Assembly (NCBI GenBank): GCA_012295275.1
Contig: CM022665.1
Location: 45,818,001 to 45,882,000, forward strand
Length of the DNA: 64,000 nucleotides
Direction of reading: 5' to 3'
From: Chrysomallon squamiferum
Taxonomy: Eukaryota > Animalia > Mollusca
Below, one piece after another: positions 1 to 64,000 of this stretch; within the stretch, counting starts at the first letter, position 1, and each line of letters starts with the position of its first letter. Made by a program: the position numbers and the translations under genes. The notes under the pieces were generated by a model. It was not told the DNA's origin and searched no databases. It saw nothing but the letters and a program-made list of their open reading frames with translations.

Positions 1-688
1 CGTCATCTCGTACCTTGAAAAATATCTTTATTTCTCTTAGTGTTGTTAAAAAAATATTTTTGATATTCACTGAAATTTGTGGTTAACAAAACTTTAAAGC
101 TTATTTCTATTATTCACGATACTTTTTTTTTTCTGAATTTTCGTTAAAATGACATTTATTTTGAGAATAAGAAATTAATATTTTATAAATAATGTGTTTA
201 TTTATTACGCAAGCGTTCAGTAGCAAAAATTAATGTATCGTGTACACGTTAATAAAAGAAAACAGATATTTTAAAATAGAAAACTCCTCAATAAAAAAAA
301 AAAAAAAAAAAAAAGTTTTAAAATAAAAGAAAAAAAGTATATTTTCCCTCCTATCTTTATACAGTCAGCTACATTAATTTTTTTTTTTTTTTTTTTACTT
401 AATTCCTTATTAACAGTCCACAATATTTTAGATCTGCCAGTCTATTCTTTACACAGAAAGGTTACTAAATAAATTTTATAGTGTAATGAGCTGTCATCAT
501 CTAATTTAAAATTTTTCTCGTCCGATATTCGATAAATGAATGTAGCGAGTCTAGTTTTCATGACGTAACTGAAAATGATAGTTCATTTTCTTTTAGTACA
601 CATGAACCCGTACATTTCTTATCACAGATAATCGCCAGTATGTTCTTATACTAGCATTTTATTCTCTGGTTAACTAATGTGTTTTTTT

Positions 689-734
<46 letters not shown>

Positions 735-2542
735 TAATAATAATAATAAATAAATAAATAAATAAATAATTTTTTTTTAAAATCTGAAATTCAGAATATT
801 AATTTCTCAAATAAATGTTATTTATTTATCTACATTTATTTTATTCAAAAAAAAAATAAGTCAAAAAAACAATTAAATATCTGTATATTTCATTTCTTTA
901 TTTTTTTTAATAAACAGTAATATAAATAAAAATAAAATGACAAAAAGCAACAAGCAATAATTTGTTAATATAATCTACTTAACACCCATCAGAAAAAAAA
1001 AAAAAGTGTTAATTCTAAACAGAATTGTTCTCATTTGGTTTTCATTCTCCTTCCTGTTCATTCTATATTACGTTGAAAAAATACATAACATTGTACAGTA
1101 AAATGTCAACAATTTTATAAACTGATTGAAAGACGCATGTACAATCAAACACATAAATCTGGAATATGTATAGTAAGTATAAAAATACAGCTTAATTGTA
1201 TAGTCTAGCACCTGAATAAATATATTGTCTTTGGTTATACCAATAAAAATTATTGCATTGTATCATTTTCAGTACTAAAAATGAAAAAAAATAACATAAT
1301 TATATATTGTTCTTGAATTTAAGTGTAGCCACAAAAAATATATTACAGTGATAAAAAGAAAATTTTTTTTTATTTTATGTAACTTCCTAAATGATTTTCT
1401 TTTTAACCGATAACCAGTCTTTGTTGATAATAAAGTATGTCAGTGATACAGTACATAAAAACACACATTCACCTTATAGAATATATCATTGACAAAAATG
1501 CAAATAAGATTTCCCCATAAACCATTTCCCAATGTGTACAGCAAAGAAAGTGACAGCATTAAAGTTATTAAAAGTTGGTGCCTAGTCGTATAAAACAACC
1601 ATTTGTAAATATATGAAAAATATTTATATTTTTAGTCACACCAACAAAAAATATAAAAAATATAATTTTTTTTAATGAAATCACAAGAACAAACAAAAAA
1701 CACCATAAAAATCCCACAATTTGCTGAGTGACAAGAAACTGATAATAAATGCAGCAGTTTTATCACAACAATAAATATTTATATCAATAATTCATGATAT
1801 AATCTTGAGCACCTTAATATTAATGTTTTCATGACTAAAGGGTATTACTTGTATACATTAATGTTTAAATATTGTTTTGAAAGCATATATCATTACTTAA
1901 ACATTAATTTTTAAAGAACTTTTTTTAAATGCATGTGTCATTTCATTAATATTTAAATAATATTTTAAAAGCATTTGACTGCCATTAATAAACATTAATT
2001 CTAAAGTAATTTTTTTTTTAAAAAAGCATATCTGTATCACTAAAATAAAATCAAAAACTGAATGAAAGTAAGGAGAAACTTTATTTATTTATATATTTAT
2101 TTATTTATTTATTTTTAATTTAAACTTATATTTATACAAAACATACAAGTCTAAACTTGAAAACCTAAGTTTAAATCTTACAAGAGTATTACCTTATTTA
2201 TTACCTTAATGTTTCATATTTATTGCATCATTTAAACCTGAATAATGTGACTGCTAATGACTGGTAAATGATTAGTTTGTGAAAATAAAACAAAAACCAC
2301 CCAAAATACTTTATGATACATGAAAACATCTTGAAAAATTATCTTAAAAATGTGTAAAATCTGTAAAGAAAAAAAGATAAATAAAGAAAAATAGATTTCT
2401 CTTTTAATTATGAAAGTAAAAAATATAGTTCCTGAAAGATGATTTCTGAAAATATGGTAACCATGGCATCATCAAAGAAACTGTATGATGTTTTAGTCAA
2501 AAAGGTCTCAAAAAAGAAATAAGAAAGACAGAAAGGAGATAT

Positions 2543-2546
<4 letters not shown>

Positions 2547-2630
<84 letters not shown>
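2547..2630. repeat. (AG)n microsatellite
   Basis: Direct reading; similar tracts at 25490-25565, 31380-31517 and 55740-55805. Confidence 0.95.
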
Positions 2631-2632
<2 letters not shown>

Positions 2633-3176
2633 TTTTTTTTTTTTGAGAAATGAAAGTAAAAAGAAATAAAGAAAGCCAGTCAGAAAGAACAAATAGATGC
2701 ATGTATGTAAAAAAAAAAAAAAAATAAAAAAAACAAGAGAAAAAGATTAAGAAAACATCACACATTATGTAACTATAGTCCTGCAATCATGGGAATACCT
2801 GCCAATGATCATTATAAATATGACACAAAATAATTTTTATTATTAATGTATTAAAAAGGAAGATTATAAAAATGTGTAAATCTATGATTTCAAACAGGGG
2901 AGACTATCTTTGTGATCAGTGTAACTTTCTATACGAATTGTGCTTTATAACAAATAAAAAAATAAAAAAAAAAAGGTAGATCAACAAGAAAGAGAAAGGA
3001 GTGAGTCAACTATAATAACCTCAATTCAATAATGAAGGTAATAATGCCAATTTCCATAAAGATTAATTTTTTAAAGTGATGTTTAAGTTGTACATATAAA
3101 TTGTTATTTCCCTGAAAGCATTATTTTTACAATGAAAAAAAAAAAAAAAAAAAAATAAATAAATAAATAAATTAAT

Positions 3177-3210
<34 letters not shown>

Positions 3211-3288
3211 ATAAAATTAATAAATAAATAAAAATTTCAAAATCATTAATAATAATAATAATAATAATAATAGTAATAAAACAACAAA

Positions 3289-3336
<48 letters not shown>

Positions 3337-3494
3337 CAAACAAATAAAAAAAAAAAAAATAAAAATAAAAATAAACAAAAATTTGTTTCATAAAAATAAA
3401 CATAGAAAACAAACAAAATATTTTTCCAAATGAAACAAGACTTACACAACACTTTGTAAGCATCTGGTACTATGATGTAAACACAGTTCAAGAT

Positions 3495-3536
<42 letters not shown>

Positions 3537-3560
3537 CATGATGAAAATACTTTCAATCAA

Positions 3561-27431
<23,871 letters not shown>

Positions 27432-28361
27432 AATGACATAGCCGAACAGTCTCTGGGCAGATGTCAACAAAAGACCGGCAATCGTTATCGTGCTCGTTTT
27501 TTTCAGATCGTAAATAACCGGAATAGTTCGATAGTTTCCGTCTCTGCTCGTTGCGTACAAATTTTCTGGTGAAAAAACAAATTCATTTAATTTGTAGACA
27601 GTGGGATTGGAGAAATTATTTAATCAAATTAATTTATCTGTATATCTGTTTATTATTATGAATTATTGTTTAATTGCAAGTCAAACAGGAATTCAAGTTA
27701 CTTTAAACCTTGAATGGTGACACTGACAAGCGTGTACTCACATAATGTTTTCAATTTTCATTCGTCTGTGAACTGTACTTTAAAAGTTTTAGCCCATTTA
27801 TTTAATTACTGAGTACTTAAAATTAAAAAGTATTACTTAACGTTGTTGTTACTACTACTGTTACTGCCGTTCTTGTGATACTAGCAGTAATAATAGCAGA
27901 AGCAGCAACAGCAGCAGCAGTAGTAAAAGTAGTAAATATAACGTACCCTCGTATAATTAATTAGGTCACACGATGGTTGAGCGCACTGTGAAGATAAAGG
28001 GGATTGATTAGACTACTAACATAAAATATATCTTATAATATATTAGAGTTCCCAATGAAAGCTTACAATTACAAAAATAGCTAAACCATAAATTCGCAAT
28101 AACATTTCTTTTCTTTTTTTAAGGCATATATAGACCATCTAATTCATTACTAATACTACTGTTCTTATCATTACTGTAATTAGCAGTAATAGCTTTATTA
28201 TTTTTGTTGTTGTTGCTGCTGCTACTACTACAACTGCTACTAGTATAATTATCATCATCATCATCATTATTATTGTCAAAAGCAGCTGCATAATTAATAT
28301 CATCACATCACCATTATTTATTAGAAAGGAATATAATAATCTGAAATAAGAATATTTATAG

Positions 28362-28502
28362 CAGGCATGGGCAACCTTTTTCGAGAAGCTGGCCGCATGA
28401 GACAAATTTGGCTCATCATCACGCGGGCTGTAATTAGAATTTGAATAAACGTTATCTATCTTGTGCAGTCAGGCGTTCCGTTCAGAAAGCTGCCCATGTC
28501 TG
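28362..28502. mobile_element. hAT (Charlie-like) MITE, 141 bp
   Basis: TIRs CAGGCATGGGCAAC and CAGACATGGGCAGC (12/14); flanking 8-mers ATTTATAG and ATTTAAAA resemble a decayed TSD. Confidence 0.7.
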
Positions 28503-28574
28503 ATTTAAAACTTTACCTTTTCTGTCAAGTGTGGCGTATGAGCGGCGTAGGAAGGCTATCATTATATATATAGG

Positions 28575-28832
28575 TCGCTGAGTACAAGATTGCACAATGT
28601 GCAGTAACCGAATGTGAGCATAAATATACATATAAGTATTCTAGGGTCGAGATAAACAGCATATCTCTTATTTAAAAACCTTTGGTTCCCTCCAATATAT
28701 TCGCTCGGTTACTGGACATTGTGCAACTTTGTACTCAGCGAGCTGGGTCTCACGCTAATCACAAACACGCAGGCAGGGAGGGATGCAAGGTTTTTAAATA
28801 AGAGATATGCTGTTTATCTCGACCCCCGAATA
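28575..28832. repeat. Interleaved double inverted repeat A-B-A'-B'
   Basis: A 28575-28611 pairs with 28705-28741 (34/37); B 28644-28682 pairs with 28787-28825 (39/39). Confidence 0.9.
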
Positions 28833-30037
28833 TTTCCAAAACAGAAAGTACCGACCGCGAAGATGTGAATAACTTAGCGTTTATATCTATTTTAGTGATT
28901 ATAGAAACACCTCTACTGAGATAGTTCAAAAGATTTTAATGTCGATACCAGCTGTCACTTTAAATGTTATTACGTCATCGTAAGCATTCTTTACCCGGGA
29001 TACAACCCAGTCGTGTTAGCAAAACTGGATCCAGAAATTATTTATGGACATTAAATGAAACTGTATGTGTCCCTTTATTCCAAATTTCGTCCCCTCACTG
29101 CTATTGTTCCGGAAACTGTTATGTGTAATTAATATTATTCATTATATTTATTGCGATAATCTGAATTTTTGAAACTAGAAATCAGCAAGCATTTATAAAA
29201 GTAAGCTTTACAACTTTACAGAAGGCGGACAGAAAACCCCCACACACTACTACTACTACTACTACTACTAATAATAATAATAATAATAACAATAACAACA
29301 ATAACGATGATGACGATACTTTAAATAAATATATATATAACGTGGATTATAAGTCACATATGGATTGTTTATGAAAACATTTTATGATTTTGTATTTTTT
29401 TCTTCTTCTTCTGCTTTAGCTGCTGCTGCTATTTTTATTACTAATACAGCTGCTAGTGTTGCTTCTGCTAATTTTCCTTGCTTTGTTTGTTTTCCCTATA
29501 ATATTAAGAAGAGAGAGAAGTTTCGTTTGCAGAGAACTAGATGTACAAAAGGCGGAATTACAATAACGCAGAATAATAATGTCGATTGCCAGTGGCAAGT
29601 GACAAGCTGTTATAAATAGATATATGACTTGCAGCAGTTGAGAAATGGAAACACATTAATGTTGAAACGATTGTGGTAAATATTATTAATATATCAGCAC
29701 TTCGTAACAGGTTCCACTGATATCCATTAAGGTATTTAAATATTAAAACATTTCATAAACAAACTGATCGTAGTTGTAAAGAAGGTATATTAATTACACT
29801 TATTTCGTATTCAGTTCGCGTACTCAGCCTTCGCTGCTTCATTAAGTATTACACTTTTACGAAAAGTCAAACATTATTAATTTATTTATAAAGTTTCATA
29901 TTAAATCTTATTTTTTTCAGCTTTTCTCAGTAAATAAAAAAATGAAAGCCTGGTCATAAAACTGTTTTTATAGTTGAAACATTAAATAGATTCATGTCAT
30001 TATGACGTTTTATTTTCACTTTCAGATATCATTCACG

Positions 30038-59625
<29,588 letters not shown>

Positions 59626-59717
59626 GCAAGTCATTTCTGCGTTGTTCCGTTATTTATCTGAAGATCAAAAGAAAGAAGAAACAACAATAATAAAAATAAA
59701 TAAATATATTTATATAT

Positions 59718-59748
<31 letters not shown>

Positions 59749-59997
59749 TTTTTTTTTTATCAGTCAGAATTGAAGAAGAAGAATAAGAGTAGCCATTGAG
59801 GCAGATGGTTAATTGTTAATGATAAATGCCTGGTGAAATCCAATGAATTGATCAGTATTGTTTAAGTTTAATTATTAATTTTCCATTATAGTATTATAAT
59901 ATTGAACAGCCATCACAGATTCAGAATGTTTGAAGCTAATTTGTAATTGAAATTAATCGTTATTAAGACCACAGACTTAATGACTGCATACCTTGAA

Positions 59998-60042
<45 letters not shown>

Positions 60043-61652
60043 ATTTATATCAGTAATAAGACTGTTGAGATGATATGTGGTATTGTGTATTTTTGTCAAA
60101 CATGTTTGGAACTAAACAGTTTTTAACTTGTTTAAAGTTAATGACTAAGATGAAACTATTTAAACAAATAAAAAGTAGCATCATTTAATTGCATTTAAAA
60201 AAGAACCATTAACAATAATATAAAACAATAAAAGTTTTGATTTTTTTTATACAAAAATTATAAAAAAAAAAAAAAAAATCTGTTAAATATTAATAAACTG
60301 TTTCAAAATTTTATAGTAGGTAAGAACCCTCATTTTAGAAATAGAAAAAGAAATATATTTATTTTACAAACTACATTTTCTCAGGTCGTTTGACAGTTCT
60401 ATCAAGGGCAATAACTTTACAAGCAATTCACTCAGTTATTATTTAAAACTTTTTACTTTAAGGAAAGAATAATGGAGATGTTCTAGTGAAATTCATAAAC
60501 CCAAGATACCTGTGATAAAAGATTTTAATGCCAAACTTTCAAGTTACACCGAAATGTTTTCTTCTGAATAAATGTGTTCACATGCAACAGTGATAATATT
60601 TATAACACGAAAGCTAAATTTTAGTATTTCAGCACAGATATTGACTAAGGGATGTATTGTTACTGTACAAGCCAGTGTTTTGATTAATTGGACTTGTATC
60701 TGTGCTGTGTCAGCATTTACAGATAATATATTTGCAATATTCAAACAGGCATCATTTCAGTTTAAATAAATGTGAACAATAAAAAAAAAAAAATTTCTTA
60801 AATGTTCAATGGAAACGTAAAGAGATTGATAAGAATTTCCTGAAAATATTTTTATTAAATATTTTTGCTTTGAACAAATATATCGTTTGTAGTCTTAAAC
60901 CCCAATGTTAAGATTAACAAGAAATCATTAAATTCTTTTTCAAACATTAACTTAAAGATAAACATTTTACGGAGGTTATTCAGGTACATGTAACCAGTAA
61001 CAAAAATGAGAGGCCATTGTAGACCACCCATGTTGTCATTTTAGCAAAAGTGCATGACCAGATGTCTGTATATTAGCTGTATACCAAAAAGAAAAAAATT
61101 TATATATATATACAGGGGCCAATAAATTGCCTGTTCTCTAATTTCATCAAAGCATTTATATCCATGAGTCAATATATATATATATTATCTGTGTATCTGA
61201 TTATGTAACAGTGGTAAAGTGTTGATGCAGTAATGCTAGGAGGTTGAAATATCAGTAAGAAAAAGGAAAGAAAACCAGAGAGAGGTTTCCTTGTTTCTAA
61301 ATCCTGGTCATGGATAAATGTTAAAATGTCAGTGTGATATTTCAGTTGTGTTTGTTTTAGTTGTGTTTGTTTTTGAGATGGTCAGACATGACACTCAGTA
61401 TGTTAGTCTTCCATTTGTACACTTTTCTTACTATTTGTTATTGGTGTGTGGGTCATTCTCTTTTTTTTTTATTGTTTACAAACTGTGTTTCTTTGAAGTG
61501 ATTTGTTTTCTGCAAGTATTTGTATTTTGTAATATTTATTATTATTATTATTACTACTATTATTACTATTATTTTATTATTACTATTATTATTTTATTAT
61601 TATTATTATTATTACTATTATTATTACTATTATTTTATTATTACTATTATTA

Positions 61653-61718
<66 letters not shown>

Positions 61719-61723
61719 TATTA

Positions 61724-61757
<34 letters not shown>

Positions 61758-61787
61758 TTATTACTATTATTATTACTATTATTATTA

Positions 61788-61827
<40 letters not shown>

Positions 61828-62426
61828 TTAACATTTCTAACATTTAAAATAACAAAAAATAACCAGATAATTATTTATATGTTGCAGAGGATTTTTTTTT
61901 TTTTTTTTTTAGGTTTTTCATTTAAAGAAATTCCATTTTGTACAGTACTGTACATTTTTTTTTTTATATATATATAACTATGGTGCAATAACAAGATTCC
62001 ATCTTACGTGTAACAAACTTTAAAAAATTAACAAATCATTACATCATCTAGTCACAGTCTTTGTTTCACACTGGCACGCTATCTTGTTCTAAAATCAATT
62101 GTGCTAAGACTCCATTTGCATGAGAGTGAAAGTGTTTTTTAGGGACTGGGAGGGGTATTTTCAGGCTTCTTTGAGGTAGAAGAATGATTTATTTTATTTT
62201 ATTTTATTTTATTTTATTTTTTATTTGTATAATGTATGTTTCTGTAATTAAATTTAGAACAAAAGGTTACAGTATTTTCCTCTGACTGATATCGATTTGG
62301 TTTCCTTTTTTCTCAGTTTGTGATAAATAATGTTGTGCTAAACACTTACCCACTGTGATTATTAGAAACTGTTTTATTGTATTTTTGTTGCCTGTAAAAC
62401 TGTTACAAAGCTAATTTGTCTTTTTC

Positions 62427-62465
<39 letters not shown>

Positions 62466-63728
62466 AGTTAGTTGAATTGTGGGAGAGAAAAAAAAAAAAA
62501 AAACAGTTGAAAATGTATGTGAAAAAAAAATTTTTTTTTTTTTTTTTTTTTTTTTAATTTTATATATATGTATACGTACAAACACACACACACACACTAT
62601 ACATGCACCTAATTATATACATAAACATGCTAACACACAAATCTGATGTTTTATTTATTGATTTTTTAATTTTATATGTATGTACACAAATCTGATTTTT
62701 TTATTTTTTTTTAATTTTATATGTATGTATACTTACAAACACACACACCATACAAACACCTAATTATATACATAAACATGCTCACATGCAAATCTGATCT
62801 TTTTTTTTTTTTTTTTTTTAATATTTATATGTCTAGACCAAACAGAAAAACAAATGTACAGCTAAAAACAAAAATGGCTGCCTGATTGTCCTTAACAGTA
62901 CATGGTTTGCAGCTTTTATATTTGAGCTAAGAGTTATTAAAAAGTAATTTACTTGGAAAATTATTATTCTAAATTATTTATCTTTGGTGATGGATGTGGT
63001 ACAATGATTTTTATTTTCACAGATTTTTTTGGTGGTTGTTAATGTATATTTCCATGGTTACCATTCCAGAACTATATGTATAATATTCGTCTTTCATCTA
63101 ATGGTGCCATAATGTATTTGGTTGTTGATGGACTTGTTTTGTAAATAAAACTGTTTATTCATCATTATTATATTATCATATTGAATGTTTATCATCGTTA
63201 TTATATACTGTCGATATATCGAAACCCTGTTTTTAATTATGTCAATTCCCCCCTTTCATTCAAAAATAATTCACATTCCAACTACCAATTTGTTTTTTTT
63301 TTTTTTTTTTTTAATTCTTCTTCTATCTTTATTTTAATGTTTTCTTTTCTTCATTTTTGTTTTTCTTTTTACTGCTAATAATAAATAAATGATTCATCAT
63401 TTTTATGTTATTTATTCAGATTATTCTGTAAGGTTCGTAAGTCTTAAAGAAATTCTGAGAAGCACAAATTAATATTTCCCCAAAAGATGAGGTATAAGAT
63501 CTGAATGAGTGATAAACCAGAAAACTTGATGTTTCTGAATAATAAAAAAAAAAAATTAAATTTATATTATTTAACAGTGTATTTTTGTATGTTGTGTAAA
63601 TTTTCATGTTTGATATGTTTTACTATTAAAGGTGGGAAAAAAACGGCAACAATAATATTAACAGTAATGCTGTAATGTACTGAACATAGTTTTTATTATT
63701 ACAGTAGTTGTATTATTTGTTCTTTAAT

Positions 63729-63759
<31 letters not shown>

Positions 63760-64000
63760 TTTTTTTTTTTTTTTATTATTATTTACCGTTTGTATTATCA
63801 TTTATTTATTTATTCATTTATTTATTTATTAAATTATAAACACTGTTTAACAATAGTTGTTTTATATAAAATAAGGCAGATATTTCTAACTATATATTAA
63901 TTATATAAACCCTTTTTTTTTTTTTTTTTTATAAATGGGTTATTAACAACATAACTAGTAAAATCTTATGGATCCATTTATCTTTAAAAATTACTCATAT

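Larger units (their letters stand above)
27432..30025. promoter_or_regulatory. Divergent intergenic/5' region shared by ABCC and DOP1
   Basis: Start codons point away from each other; patches richer in CpG at 27440-27560 and 28400-29230; candidate DOP1 5'UTR donor AAA|gtaagc at 29200; TSS not determinable. Confidence 0.5.

Overview
AT-rich, microsatellite-dense animal genomic DNA. It is probably from an invertebrate, possibly a gastropod mollusc, but that is inferred from composition and repeats only. The window holds two intron-rich genes arranged head-to-head, about 2.6 kb apart. On the minus strand is an ABCC1/MRP1-like long ABCC transporter (29 coding exons, ATG 27431 to stop 3561, about 1520 aa after correcting one indel in the last exon). 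On the plus strand is a DOP1/Dopey gene (27 coding exons, ATG 30038 to stop 59625, about 2400 aa). DOP1 has at least six single-base frameshifts and one scrambled exon, most likely assembly consensus errors. The most striking pattern is that about ten exon/intron boundaries have been tandemly re-copied into the adjacent intron, making arrays of decoy splice sites. These include a 15-copy, mostly in-frame acceptor array and an 11-copy donor array that could form 21-nt in-frame micro-exons. Other notable items are interleaved inverted repeats with pseudoknot topology between the two genes, a displaced exon copy with only synonymous changes, a Tigger4/Zombi-like MITE, other MITEs and a candidate 24-nt micro-exon. 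All exon coordinates were derived by hand from splice signals, phase and recalled protein homology. No database search was run.
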